Shown here: one piece after another, positions 24,346 to 38,844 of the stretch
How the letters are laid out: every line of letters begins with the position of its first letter
How positions within the stretch are numbered: the first letter of the stretch is position 1
Assembly: GCF_000002075.1 (NCBI RefSeq)
Contig: NW_004797274.1
Coordinates: 2,591,473-2,655,472, forward strand
DNA from: Aplysia californica
Lineage: Eukaryota
Length of the DNA stretch: 64,000 nucleotides
Direction of reading: 5' to 3'
Translations under genes and position numbers: made by a program
Notes under the pieces: generated by a model
Told to the model about the DNA's origin: nothing
What the model saw: only the letters and a program-made list of their open reading frames with translations
Database searches by the model: none

Positions 24346-26576
24346 CATAACTGTTATTTTGCTCTAATTTATTTCTGGCCAAATGCGAATGTTATTGTGC
24401 CGTCTTGCTCAATTTGCTGTCAACCGCAGCTCAAATCCACTTCACCAAAGTGCTGTCTTTGTTGTTCATTTTGCGGTCTCTGTCCATCTGAGAAGATGTG
24501 GATGTTTATTGCTGTGGTAAGCTGTGGTACTTGTCGCAAATGCTACCTTGAGGGGGAGGTGTGTGTGTGTGTGTGTGTGTGTGACGATATCATGTTGGTG
24601 ATGATGGGAATTTCTGTGAGTATTCATTCCAGCTTGCTGACCGTACATCCATCTCATCTGATTGAAGGTCTCCATTTGGTGCACTGTTGCTGCACTCCTC
24701 TCATTAATGCCAAAGAAATATTGGATGTTTGGTTCAGATGTCCTGTTCCTGTTTTGAGCAAAAGGTTTCATGTGAGGCTTGCAGAGACCTCACTCATGTC
24801 TTTTTTAGTGTGTTGATAGAAGAACAATGTTGTTTTTGTATTTTTATTTTTAGAATTCTGGATGACTGATTTATTGTCTGTGTCATGCTCTTTCGAAATT
24901 TATGCCTAGAGTATTTTAGCACTGGAAGGCGCATGTACAGTTGACCCTCTATTTAAGGAGCAGAAGCTCAGCTTGTGTGGAAGGTACTGTGGTCTGAATG
25001 TTTGGTAAATTAGATATAAAGGATACCTGGTTTGATATTCATTCAGTCGAAATTGTCCGAGATGGCTACCCATTGTTGAGAAGAAAAGTGGATGTCTTAG
25101 ACAATTGGATGTCTTAAACAGTGCCATTAAAATATATAGAAGAAAATGCGCAAGGGAAATAGCGGGAAGTGGTTATTTGTACAGGTGATTGTCATGATAA
25201 ATAAATAAATGTTGTCCTGAAATTGCTTCTTAAAGATTTTGTTCAGAGTGGTTCTAGGTATTCTGAAACTGGGTCAGCAGTGGATGTGTCGGACAGAAGC
25301 TTGCACATGTGCAAACTCACTCTATAGCTCAAAGCAAATTCTTTTTGTAGTTGAAGCTCACCACACTATAATATTGCCTGATTGACTCATTGTCCAGTTT
25401 TCCTCTAGAAAGTTTGCCATTTCACCTGTTTTCAGGAAGGAAACTTCAAGCGTCGTATCCAATAAATACAAATTGCTTCTATCTTTGTCTTGCAATGCTT
25501 GTGATTTGTGTACTGATAGTGATGGTTTTTTTTTTTTACACGTTTTCCGATGGAGAGGCGGCGTCAGTTTTGTAGTGGTTGGACTCTTCACAGCTGCTGG
25601 CACAAGACATGAGTAGGATTTTCTATCTCGTTACCATAGAACTACAAAGTTCTATATGTTCAGTACCTATCTTTGAGTTGAAACAAAAAAATTTTGAGTT
25701 CCACATGTCAAGCTTTTTATACCGGTACTTAAAATACCGGATAATCTTACAATTTTGAAAGAACAGATAGCTGGATTAATAACAACAGTAACAACATAGA
25801 ACAGAGAGAGCATAAAAATGGTTTCTGACCTCATGACTCTAAACCAAAATGTCCAAAAATGTCAGATAGAACCTTGTAATTCTAAGCAATCTGTCTTCTA
25901 TGGTATTGTATCCCACTCAGCCCTGGTTGGCCCCAGCTGGCAGGGTTGAAGTTGAAGCTGTCTGCCTCCCCCTAAATGAGCTGAATTTTGTCACCAGGAG
26001 TTACAGTCCATTACAATCTTCAACCAACAGAGAATGTTAGAGTGTGAGAGTGAGTGAGTGTTAGGGTGCTTGGGTGAACACATTTTCTCAATTTGTGTTC
26101 TGTTCTGTGTATGTGAGAAACAGAATAATAGAAAGAGAAAGAGAGGTGGAGATATAGAAAATAAGGATAGAGAAATAGTTGTTTCATCAGTTATTTGACA
26201 CCACTGGTCATTTTGTGACTTAATCATAATAAACTGTTCTCCGCCACTCATTTAATTTCATAGGGAATTATCTTCCCCAGGGCTTGGAAGAACTATTTTA
26301 TCATTTGGGTGGGGTGGGGGCTGGAGGAGCAGATATTACACACCATTGTGTGGCTGTGGTCTTCATTTGAACATTATTTTGCTTTTATTCCGCTAATAAC
26401 TTTGGTGGGATATAAAGATATAATATTGGCTGTCTTTGAATACCTTCAACTCTTTCCTTTAATGTCACAGCATAATAAATTGTACAGATGAGCAATTCTC
26501 GTTAAGATTTTGGATTAACTGAGGGTAGTTTACTCTCGTTAGTGTCCAGTCCTTGTCCCCTCTTGAATTGAAGCGT

Positions 26577-26978
26577 ACTCCCCGGAGCGATGCTACTGAC
26601 TGAAGTGTCTTTAGGCTATTCCCAAAGGGGGGAACATTAACATGTTCTTATGCACAGTAGAATTGTAAATGGAATGATTCATCCATGTCATGCTCATAAC
26701 TGTGCCGGAACTGCAACAGGGAACTGCTGCTTTTTCTTTCATAATCCTTACTTTATCATCATTTTTCCTGTACTTCTTTTGTATGTTTGTTACGCTCTTG
26801 TGACCAGCTATTTCTGGGGTGCCTTGATAGTCGAAACAGACTTTGTGCTGTTGAAGCTAGGGAGGTGAGCAGAGTAAGCCTGATTCCCTGTAAGAACTTC
26901 TCTGTTGACATCCACCCCTTGGCGCTCATATGACCTTATGCAGTTGTGGGCGCCGTAAGACCTCTACTAAAAATAAAC
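26577..26978 (+). mobile_element. Long-form retroposon, copy 3, 12-bp TSD TGAATTGAAGCG
   Basis: TSD at 26564-26575 and 26979-26990. Confidence 0.88.
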
Positions 26979-27013
26979 TGAATTGAAGCGCATTGGTAAA
27001 AAATACAGATTAT

Positions 27014-27190
27014 GGGTGGTTGGCAGATGCTCTGGTGTGGTTTGTTCCTTCTTTCCTGTCAAACATGTTTCACCCTTATCTCTTTTCCTTCTTTTTTGTG
27101 TTTGTTGCACTCTTGTAACACCACCAAGCTTCTGCACTTATATGACCTAATTGTGTTGCAAGTGCCGTGAAACTCTTTTTCACTAAAAAT
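27014..27190 (+). mobile_element. Short-form retroposon copy
   Basis: Same consensus. Confidence 0.85.
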
Positions 27191-27783
27191 AAAAAGGACA
27201 CCAAAAAAAGATTAGAGTTACTAGAGGCATGTGTGGGATCCGGGACTCATGTTAGTGAGTGGCCAGAGAGAACCCTGCATAGGACCTGCATTTTCACTAT
27301 CCTTTTGGGTCTTTTTGTTACAATATCAGGTACTGTTTTTCCAAGCACAACATAAATTTGCTTATATATGTAGCTCTATGGTTCTTCTATATCCTTATAT
27401 ACACATACATACAAGACAAAAGATAATAGTACCTATGCATGTACATGGGTGTGATGGGTGTGTGTCCTTCATTTCGCCTCATGACATGAAATAAGCTCCC
27501 AGCCAGCTACGTTGTGTTCTTGGGAAAGGCACTTTATAAATTATACACCCTATTTGGCTTGGTCCTTTCGGAGATGGACATTAAATTTGGAGGTCCCGCC
27601 TCTTAAATAACCTAGTAGTGTTGATAGGTGGGGGGGGGGTATGTGTACCATTTCATATTTCAAGCCAGCTACGTAGTCTCTCCCAACATCTTTCTCCTGA
27701 ATTTGATGAATGATCCAACTTTTTTTAGTTGTATGAAGCAGCTTAAGTGCATAGGTTCCCAGTGATGTTTGTAACATAAACAG

Positions 27784-28217
27784 ATGTGTGCCCGGAGAAG
27801 GGTCCCAGTTGTTGGAAATTTTGGATATTGAAATAAGAGCATATTCTTGTAGAAAATTCTATACAGCGCACCCCTGATAAAAATTTTTTTCAAATATCTT
27901 GAGTAGTTTTAAAGATATACCACATTTTGTAACAGGCTTAATAAAAATACAAAATTTGGAAAAAGACTCAAATTTCTAGCACATTTTTAACCTTTGGTGA
28001 AGTACAAAATGTTGCAAAAATAACTCATAAAGAATATTTAGACTTAAAATATTATAAAATCCTTTCAATATGTTATTAAGAAATGGTTAAACGTGTGTTT
28101 TCTGATGGAACTAAATTTTTGACCAAGTGCGACTTTTTTGACTTTTCTGACTTTTCACCGCGTTGCTCAAAAATAGCTTTGCGGACAACCGGGACCTTTC
28201 TCCAGGAACACACACAT
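27784..28217. mobile_element. MITE with ~30-bp TIRs
   Basis: atgtgtgcccggagaagggtcccagttgt versus reverse-complemented right end atgtgtgttcctggagaaaggtcccggttgt. Confidence 0.7.
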
Positions 28218-28570
28218 TTTTGCATGCCCACAAACCTGTATTTGACTGCTTGGCGCGAGATGCCATATTCCATTTTGAAAAGTGACATATGGTGGAGTCT
28301 TACTTGGAGCAGATAGTATGTCTATCATTTGCGAGCGCCGTAAAACTTTTACCTAACTGAAAGTGAACTGAAACCTATATAATGTGCTAATGTACGGTAT
28401 AGAGATGCAGTCTCCTTTCTGTAACAAACTGGTGTGGGGAGATGAGGGTTGTCAGTTATAGTTGAATTAATTATATAGTTATTTAGGCGGGTGCATGTTT
28501 ATGTCTTTTGTATGACCACTAGGATAGGTTGTAAAATTATATGAAATAATAAATGCTGTGAGTATTGTGA

Positions 28571-28916
28571 TTGGTTTTAATGGTGAGCGCTCTGGTGTGG
28601 TTTGCTCCTTCTTTTCTATCAATCATGTCGTCCTTATCTCTCCTTTTCAGTGTTTGTTACTCTCTTGTAACACCTTTAATCTTCGGCACTTATATGACCT
28701 TATTGTTTTACAAGTGCCATAAAAAATTTTATGAAAAGAAAAAATACAGCTAGTATTGGACTGCTTTTAATGGAGGGTGATTTGTGGGTGCTCTGATGGT
28801 TTGCTCCTTCTTTCCTATCAAACGTATTCCGTCCTTTTTTTGTGTTTGCTACTCTCTTGTAACAACACCTCTAATCCTCGGTACCTAATTGTGCTGCCAG
28901 TGTGGTAAAACTAAAA
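28571..28916 (+). mobile_element. Two degenerate tandem short-form retroposon copies
   Basis: gctctggtgtggtttgctccttct... occurs twice (28571-28740, 28776-28916). Confidence 0.75.
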
Positions 28917-28949
28917 CAAATGGTTCAAATGTCTGGATGTGTTCAGAGA

Positions 28950-31900
28950 TGGAAGAGAATGATAGGAACTTCTTGTCTGCTGGTTTGTTGGTCGAATATA
29001 CATAATATTTTAATAAAAGTCCCAGCCACGAACACTTTGTGGCTGAGGTCATGAGCTCTTAGTTTAGTCTTAGCCCACCCCCAAGTACTCCTTATTGCCG
29101 CACTGAGTATGGCTGCCTGACCGATGCCGTCTATGCGAGAGCATGAAAATACATGCCTGAATGTGTCTGCTGTTGGAAACATGGACAATAAATGGCTTTA
29201 AGAATTGTAAGTCCACAATTTTTTTAGACTTCATTTCTGTCTGTGTGTTTGTTGTTGGAGAAATCCTGACCACCCCACCCCCCAAAAAACCCCAAACAAA
29301 ACAACAAACCCAAAACAAACAGCAATAACAAACAAAAAAAACGGCAAACAAACAAACAAAAAACCCAACCCTAGACCTGGTGGCTGATTCTTCCTATTGC
29401 TGCACAAAAGATAGCCACAACAAATCTCTACTGCAAGTTTGTCCAACTTGTATCTTTGTATTCTCACAGGTGATACCTTTTGGGTTGTCTGCTTCATTTC
29501 GGTGTTACTCTTATTTCTTTGACAATTCCTGACGACATGTAGCTGTCAGAGCTGGTTTTTCATCAGCTTGCATAAGATTTTGCTTGTGTAGAGCCACAGA
29601 GAAAAGCTTTCAAGACAGTTTTGTGCGAGCCGAGTTGTTCTCCCTGGGGGACACAATGTTATCAATATCCTCATCATCATCAAGAGCCAGATCTGCGACA
29701 TTGTCAGCGATCATGTTTCTCCGTTCATTCCTGTGCTTGGATGCGCTCAAAAAAGCTATATTACTACTCTTGATCTTTTTCTGTCACCCATCTGCTTAGG
29801 TTCTCACTCGAAGGAGGTTGCTCTGGGTCTGCCCCTGCCTTTGTTCTAATTATTGCCAGTTATTGATGTAGGTCCTAAAATTTTTAGCTTACTGGCAGTT
29901 CACCAGTGTTGTTGAATGCAAAGGATGTGAGTTTGGTTGTAATTGGATCTAAGGGAAGATCTTTTATCGAGTACATCATCGGTGTTGCAAGCAATCCACT
30001 TAATTCCATTTGGGTACTTTTTACACCCGAGACAAAAAAAAACTAGTTTTTGTTACATTATTCCTAACAGGAATCATTAAAAGCAGGAAAGTTGTAAGCC
30101 TTGACCATAGCATTAAACTGCATTCTGGTGATGTTGGCTTGGAGTCAGAAATAAGTATCTTGCATAAACCTAGGTGGACTCTGGCAGGGTAGAAACATAG
30201 TCGTGTTGACTGATTAAAAAAAAAATAATTAAAAATTACAGTCAGGAAATGACAAATATGAGCTATCCATGATTTTGAGTTTTCTGTTTTCATGTTATCT
30301 GTAAATTGTGTCAACAGAGAGTGGAAAAAATTAAATTTTACAATCATTGCGATAGAATCTCAAAACAATGTCAGATTTTAAAAATAAATCTAGATGTTTT
30401 AAACCCCCATCAACACGAATTTGACCATTTAGGGAAGCCAGACTTTGACTGTACCTGCATCATCATCACGCCAAAGAGAACCAGAATCTTCATTATTTGA
30501 AAGGAATGGATCATCAACAGAATAAAAGAAGAAGAAAAGACAGTTTATTCTTTTCTTTTTAATAGTTTTGAACGGACAATTTTTGGGCAAATATTGACGA
30601 CCAAAACACGAGTACCAGCAAACAATTTATACATGTCATTGAGGACGAAATAAAAAAATAGCAAAAAAAATAAAAATCTTGAGATTCCTGGAAATGACAT
30701 CATACATAATGAATTTGAAATGGATTTCGACAACTGAAACAAAGCAAAATCCTGAATTATATGATGTCCTCCTACCCTGGAGCCTGTCTAGTTGATCATT
30801 TCACTTTGTGACTATTCCCTTTTGCATCCTGGGGCAGAGTTAAATATTGTTGGGGGGATCTCCAAACTTTTCCAGAATGAGTGATGTTTCATAAATTTTG
30901 CACATTTGAATGAACCAGGCAAAAGTTCTACTAAACAAAAGGCTTGAACAGTAGAACTTGACCTTTCTTTTGTAGCAATCAGCATGATATGCCTTGGAAC
31001 AAGATAACAGCAATAATTTGAGACATGGGACACTGCCAAACTTGTGCAAAACAAATGACATACAAGCAAAAATAAAAAATAAAAAATAAATAAATAAATT
31101 AAATAAAGGGAAAAAAAGTGAGTTGAAGCAATTGCAGGTTTTTTGATGAGGCATCTCTGACGTGGTCTGGAAACCCCTTGGATAAAGCTTGCTCAGAACA
31201 GTTTCTGCTGTAGCAATGTTGACAAGTCTCTCCCCCTCTCCTTTTCACCCTTCTCATGAAATCAACAACTGGATATGAGAAAAGAAAAGAAAGCTTCTGT
31301 TGCTGGTGTATAGGGGAGGTTTCTCTCAGTCGAAAATGGTGGTGATCGGCAAAATGAGCACACCCACCCTGCTCTTGTTATGTTCCTCAGCTTGATGTCT
31401 TCATACATAGCATCTGTATAGTGCAAATTCCCACTCAACAACGAACTCTGTGCACTTTACAATTTGTATGTCTTCCATTGATCTGAGACCACCCTCCCCA
31501 ACAGATGTTACTGCCCTTGCCATAGCAATGTCATTAGCTCTGACACAGCCCTGGCAGCTGGCCAGTAGATGTAGAACTGAGCTACAACTTGTCCGGAGGG
31601 GGCGAAGAACAAGCCAAAACTCTCTATTGTATTGAAAGTGACGTTATAAATCACATCCAACCGCAAAAGCAGGCAGCACTTGAAAGATCCCACTGAGGAC
31701 ATTTTAGATAGTCGAGTCCAAGAAACATGAGTGTTTTTAAAAAAACAAACAACAGCACCCCTAATAGAAATAAAAGTACTGAAGACTGATTGAGATATGC
31801 ATGAATAACAGCTAGGGTGGTGGTGGGGGGTTATACGATGCTTTTTGCCTGGCCTGTTAGGCTTCTCTTCACACCACAAATGCATAAATCTGAAAGAAAA

Positions 31901-33700
31901 AAGGCAGGCCTTAACAAACAGCAATGAGCCACATCCAGACTATTTTCAATAGCGATGACATGTTAAAGTACAGATAAAAACTCCAGAATGACTAGTGGAA
32001 CAGATTAAGTCTGAGTCTGAGTGAGAATCAGCTGCCACAAAAAAGTACTTCTCAACTACAAGAGTTCAACTGCTACCTGCTCTTGAGCACATCTGTCTCG
32101 TGTAACATTCTTTGGGCAAGTACTACTAAGTACATTACATCAGTTTAGATAGATTGGGTCCGTGGCTAAGAACAGCCTTGTCAGTAACTTCAGCTTGATG
32201 TATGGGGCATTAGAATATCCATAAAAAAAGGCTTAACCTGTCACCATCAACGATTGATGCTGCTTCCTGATCACTCAGCATTAACCATATTGGGCGTCCA
32301 TTACCACCCACAAGACTGCTTGACATGAGAGGATCTGAAACCAAACTGTTTAGTTTAGTAGAGGTTTTACGGCGCTTGCAACTGCATAAGGTCTTATGAG
32401 CGCCAGAAGATTAGAGGTGTTAAAAGAGAGAGTAACAAACATAAAAAAGAAGAAGGAGAGATAAGGACGATAGACGTTTGATAGGAAAGAAGAAGCAAAC
32501 CACACCAGAGCCCCCACCAACCACCCAAAAAACCAAACTGGAGGATACAGATGGCAGTGTCAGTTTGGAAAGAGTTTTACGGTGCTCGCAACTGCATAAT
32601 CGCAGATGGCAAGATGGAACTTATGGACTCTGTACCAAACCAAAAATGTGTTGCCTCTGGTAGTAAGAGTTTGACAACTACAATTTTGGGTGTGGGCAAG
32701 TCTTGATGGACTGGAGCTGAGAGCGGTCGAGAATGAGAGGAAGAAACAATGGAGTTTCCTAGTAAAAGACAGGAGTCAACGGGAATCTCTGATGGAGGCC
32801 TTATGCACATCATAATGAATGCAAAGAGGATTTAAGTTAAACTGAAGACTAAACCTCTCCTAACCAATTTCTTTTGTGGTCGAAATAGTGGCAAGTAAAA
32901 ACCAGTAGCCAAGAGAGGGCATAATGACGGAACAAAAAACAACTACCAAAGAACTTGCCCCGACAATGAAGATGACAAATATGCAGTCTGTCAAATAACA
33001 ACAGAAAAATTTTCTGTGGCAAGACATGGGCAAGTACATATACCGGTTCTGAGTATTCAGAAGAAAAAAAAACCCCCAGACAAAATAACCAAGAAGCAGA
33101 AAAGAAAAACCACTAACCGCAAATCCCACAGCACTGTGTTTAGCAAATGCTGCTGTATTCTGGGACGAGAAGATCTGAATAAACCCTTATTCTTTCTCAT
33201 TGAAACCCAAACATGTATCGTAATTGTCATTGTGGAAACATACACATTGAAACATGTTCACAAATGTACCCAACATAAGAACGACAGAGAGATCAATCCG
33301 AATTTTCTCCAGGATCTTGTTCCTAAACACGCTTAACTCCTGCCACGACTGTCTCAAAATATTCCTTTCCAACCAAAACCACCTCAGAGAAAACAAAACA
33401 AAAAAATGCCACAAAAAAGTTACAGAGCCCTACACATTTGATAGTGAGCCAGTACAACAACCAGTATATGTTAAAGCAGTAGGTAATCTATGTTCCCTTT
33501 GCCCCTAGCTTGTGATGTTTATAAAGTCTACAGGGGTGCATGGTAAGGCTTCCAACAATCACTAGACTGTAGGAGACAATAGATATTGGTAGGGTGCTGC
33601 TCACAAGTCTTATTACATTGCAAAACAAAACAAGGAACATACATGGAGTTGGGTGGACATTCATTAACTGACCAGGCGCGGAGCTGGATGGACATTCACA
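28950..33700 (-). mobile_element. Highly decayed I/Nimb-like LINE remnants
   Basis: Scattered peptide ghosts on the - strand: ORF1-like at ~33600, APE-like CLLLGN..SSHS at ~32750, RNase H-like YTDA at ~31410, PS..G..GN..AD at ~29720, and STWG...LR at ~29070. Confidence 0.35.
32349..32526 (-). mobile_element. Short-form retroposon, TSD AAACCAAACTG
   Basis: TSD at 32338-32348 and 32530-32540. Confidence 0.88.
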
Positions 33701-34328
33701 TATCTGACCAGAGGACGAGACAAATAATAAATAACTTTGATAATATTCAGAAAGCGGAAGCAAGACGGAGCTGCTGTGGACTGCTTGGTGTCTGAAGCAA
33801 TGGGAAAAAAATCCTTTACTCAAAACACACGATGTTCACATACCACCAGGAACAGCGAGCACTGTCTACACTGATCTACACAGCCCTTCCACCTGACTGC
33901 TGCTACTGCCGCCACTCCACAAAAGAGAACAAATGTTCGGGAGCACTCAGCAGTAGTTCTACTACAACAGCAGTATCTCAATGAGTAGGTATTTTTCTAT
34001 CCAGCCTCATTGACAAATTATAAATGAAGCCAGTGGACTATTTGGAATTTTTAACAAAACCGTAACAGCTTTTGAGATACAGGCAACTTTGGTTTCGTGT
34101 GCTACAAAAAAAAAGTCTTCTGCTTACATTGACAATCTTTATTTCTTCTAAATATTTTTTGGGTGACACCCAACAATTCTCTTTCTTTGGCACTCAACAG
34201 TCATTTCACTACCAACAGAAATACTCGTTGAACACCAACATTAGGAGGAGGAGGGCGGGGGAGGGGGAGGATAATTTCAAATCCACAAGTTATTTGAAGA
34301 AACTACATGAGCGGTTAATTTTTTTTAA

Positions 34329-36373
34329 CCCTTACGGCGGCGGTAAAACGGGATTATTATCATGTTTCTTGGTGGGTTTTACAAACATTTTTATTTATTC
34401 CTAATCAGAAAGCTTCAGCTAAACAGCTAAACTAAAGTTAACTTGGCTTGGAAGTAGTGAAGACTGTACTCACGATGTGCAGAGGTATATAACAGGCACA
34501 TAGAAAACTGTGATATATTTCAGACAAAGCAACACCGACGGGACTAGACATGACAAGTAACTCGACACAGAGACCAGATAGATTCTAAAAACAGAGAAAA
34601 AAAGAAAACTGTTATCTCATGTAGCTAAATTCAGATCTACTTTCATCTAGATAAGAAAGACACGACCTTGACGAGCAGATCTAAATTTCTTGTGAGCAAA
34701 GTCGACATATCTAGGTCTAGATAAACTCGCCATAACAAAGAAGAAACACTAAATCCAGGCACAAAAATTACAGATCCCCCCCCGATTTTTAGACGTACAA
34801 TGCATACATCTTGTGACTTTGATAAAGGAGATGCTAGGTATTGAAAACAAGGACCAAGCGAGTCTAATTCAGTTGCCAAAAGTGAGAAGAAGTTAGACCT
34901 GTAAACTGAAACGCTGCAATCTTTTTCCCTTCTACACTTAATTAAAAAGTATCCATGCTAAAATCAATAAACCGCCCGAGTCTGACCAGCGAAATGTTAC
35001 TGTGCCTGATAGGTAGCAATATAAAACTGGGCACACGCAGTAAAATTTGTTACCAGCATGAACAGGGACTACTTTATATGGCACACTCCTACGTAAGCAG
35101 CAGTAGTGCTCCATTGTCTTTGCCTCAGTGCATTCCCACAAAGCAGATGCTCGGAGCTTCATTCCAGAGATTGATGCTAAGTTTTGTGCCTTCAAATTCA
35201 TTGTTTGAACTTGCTGTGACTGTGGTTTTCCCTCCTCCTAGACTTGAATTATGTCAGGTGAAGAATCTAAATTTTGAGGACTTTACTAAGGCTCTACAAG
35301 CAATAACGGACCGCCTCTCCCATATCAAATCCGACCTCGATTCTTTACCCCCTGGTGAGTGTCAACCCCAGTCCCAAACACACACAGTTGACAGTTCTAT
35401 AGACCAAGCTAATACCCCAACACGTAGCCAGGACACTCATGAACAAACAGAGGGCATAGGGCCCAATCCGAACCCAAGTTCCATTGTCTACAACAATGCT
35501 TTCTTGGACATTCAGAGACAATTCGAATCACTGAGAGACCGCCCGCCTCGCATTCAAATTCCAACTTACTGTAAAGTGAATGACAAGTTCAGTGGGCACA
35601 AAGGCTGAATGCAAGCCCACCCTCAAAGTAATCCCAAAATCAGCCAGATTCACAAACACTGGTCTTAAAGCTCTGGCAGCCCTGCCACAGGGACCACAGG
35701 GACAGTACACACTATTAAACAGTGACATTCAATCGTTGTACACGATTTTTAAACACAGTTCAACTTCCTGGAGGGTGAGTATAGCAACCTTGTCGTTCGC
35801 TTCGATAAGAAGATATGTAGGCTGTTCTGATCATTCGAGAACAACACACACGCTTTTTCTGAAAGATCACAAACAAACATTCATCTCACTGCTGAGCTTT
35901 CAGCTCTATCAACACGTTTGGCTTTTCTACGAGAGGCAACGCCCCCAGGGGTAGGGGGTCAACGTTCAATCCCTTTCCCAGACGACCTTACCAATTCTAC
36001 AATAACCGTAGAGGTACCGGGAGCTACCACCCCTTGACACAACAGAGAATGGAATTCCCCACGTCGCGTTCGGACGTGGTGTAGGAATACGCCTATTTCA
36101 CCCCGCATGTGAGAGCATCTCGCTGTCTCTGCCATTGTAATATGTGGGAATGCCTCTAAGACAAAGAATGGCTATTTGATTTATTGTATAAATTTTTGTT
36201 TCAATAAATCATTATGTTTACACCCTGTGCGTGCTGAGTAATGTGAGCTTTTAGTGAGCAATTTTCATCACACTCCAGAATATCCCTACCCTGAAAAATG
36301 ACATATCTCACGACAGCTATGCAACTAAACTTGAGATGCTGTGCAACATATCCTGCGACAGCCACGGTAAGGG
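34329..36373. mobile_element. piggyBac-like non-autonomous element (~2 kb) with cargo pseudogene
   Basis: TTAA|cccttacggcggc ... gccacggtaaggg|TTAA. Confidence 0.6.
35251..35960 (+). pseudogene. Frameshifted gag/ORF1-like coding remnant (possibly from a tyrosine-recombinase retroelement)
   Basis: MSGEESKF/EDFTKALQAITDRLSHIKSDLDSL...DIQRQFESLRD...KPTLKVIPKSARFTNTGLKAL...FLEGEYSNLVV...AELS, reconstructed across frameshifts; AATAAA at ~36203. Confidence 0.5.
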
Positions 36374-38844
36374 TTAAGAAGAACGAAAGACCAAAAATGC
36401 CAAAATAGCAGAGAGTTTAAAACAGAAAAACCTACTGCAAAGTTTTTGCATTCCCAGATATGTCACAGCTAATTCACAATCAATAACAATGGAAAAGCCG
36501 CTGCACTACTATTTCTAAAGAAAATACTTTACGATTATTGCCAAAAAAAAATAAAATTGTAAAACGTAACGTCGTGTAAACATTNNNNNNNNNNNNNNNN
36601 NNNNNNNNNNNNNNNNNNNNNNNNNNNNNNNNNNNNNNNNNNNNNNNNNNNNNNNNNNNNNNNNNNNNNNNNNNNNNNNNNNNNNNNNNNNNNNNNNNNN
36701 NNNNNNNNNNNNNNNNNNNNNNNNNNNNNNNNNNNNNNNNNNNNNNNNNNNNNNNNNNNNNNNNNNNNNNNNNNNNNNNNNNNNNNNNNNNNNNNNNNNN
36801 NNNNNNNNNNNNNNNNNNNNNNNNNNNNNNNNNNNNNNNNNNNNNNNNNNNNNNNNNNNNNNNNNNNNNNNNNNNNNNNNNNNNNNNNNNNNNNNNNNNN
36901 NNNNNNNNNNNNNNNNNNNNNNNNNNNNNNNNNNNNNNNNNNNNNNNNNNNNNNNNNNNNNNNNNNNNNNNNNNNNNNNNNNNNNNNNNNNNNNNNNNNN
37001 NNNNNNNNNNNNNNNNNNNNNNNNNNNNNNNNNNNNNNNNNNNNNNNNNNNNNNNNNNNNNNNNNNNNNNNNNNNNNNNCCAACAAACAAAACAAAAAGA
37101 CAACAGAGGTAAACACACATCCTCACAACTTCTCATTCTCCTCTCTTTAAACTTCACTAACATTCTAGAGAACAAAACAGAGTACATCTTGTCTCTCCAC
37201 TTATCGACACTTTCCAGAACACTCGTTTTTAACCATCTCTATAAATAAACTCAATATGAACAAATCCAATCATGAGAACTGTTTTAACCAGGCATACACT
37301 CACAAACAAACAAAATTTTTACAACACTAGAAACATGCAAAGCTGAATCCTCAACAGTAGCATCACACAGACAAAAATTTACATCAAAAAACCAAAATGT
37401 ACATCCACGGAGAAGTCAATTGTGATTTTAGTCATCATCTATTTATACATAAAAATTATTCATCACAATAATGACAAGATTAAAGATAGTTTATACATCT
37501 GACTCTCCAGGCCAGTTTCTCGAACAATCTCATCACAGAACATTGAAAAAAAAAACCCAGCAGGCCCTATGCTCATTTTGGTCTGTAAAGCCACAAATAA
37601 AATTCACTTACTTTTTCTAGCAAATGCTGCTAAAGGTAAGTGAATCCAAACTTTGCCTTTTTTCAAGCTCACCATTTGAATGACAATTCAAAAAATCTTT
37701 TACTTTTAGACAGACTAAAAAATGGTGCTTTTTTGTTCAGAACTTTGGATCAGGAAGAACAAACACTAAACTGTGTGCATCGACTTTCACAAATACAAAG
37801 TAATAGAAACATTTAATTTTCCAGCAGCCTACTTGAAATATAACCAACTGCATTTCAAAGTATTCTAGCCAAAAATGGTAAAAGTAGGTGGTAACAATCA
37901 TCAAGATAGAATGTGTTCCTCCCAGCATTCATGTTGAACCAAAGATTGTATACATGATATGCCACAACAGTTGATGAAGAAATCTTGTCTCACTTCTCAC
38001 ACTGAGGAGAGACACATCTTTCACAACAATCCTTGCTGCTATTCGAAGTCAAGAATATCACTTTTTAAAAAACCCAATTTTTCAATGTCACCACACAGAC
38101 TGTAAGGAAATTCTATTTCGTATTCAAAATAGAGGAACAACTTATCTCATAGACCAAGTTTCAATACAGTACAGGGTGATCACAAAGTACAAAGGTGAGC
38201 AGTGAGTATACAAGAACTCACAAAGAGATGCAGTCACATTCGCTAGGCTTAGGGCCAATGTACCGCACAGGGAGCTTTGGGCATGTGCGGCAAAGTGCTT
38301 CCACGAGATCTTGCAATATTGCCATGATGAAGTTTATAGCCACGGACTGGACATATTTCGCCAGGAATATGTGAGGCAACGGAAACATTAAAAGAAGAAG
38401 GAGCAGACCACAGCCAAGTGTCCACTGCTTTCATGTAATGGAATGCCATGGCACAGCTAAGACTAGTGACAGGAACAACATTGACGATCTGTTACCTCTT
38501 TGAATCTTATCTACTCACAGCACATGAGCCTTTAATGCCTTCATCTCAATTAAAAACACGGAATTACTTTTGTATGAACAGAGTAATCTTTTAAAAAGAT
38601 AATTACTCATTTATATCAATCTGCAAACAGTAGAGATATGCAAGATGAACAGTCATGGGGGTCATGGAACAGAACTGAAATAGAATCAGCCAAGTTTTGT
38701 AAGTTGTGCACAGTGCACAAATTATCACGGTGCCAAAACCAAGGGAGGAAACCATCACTAGTGTTCCTGTACCAGTACAAGCAGGCCAGACTGACAAATG
38801 ACACGCTGTGGTTTAAGATTGAAGGCAATCGATTTTGAGTTGTA

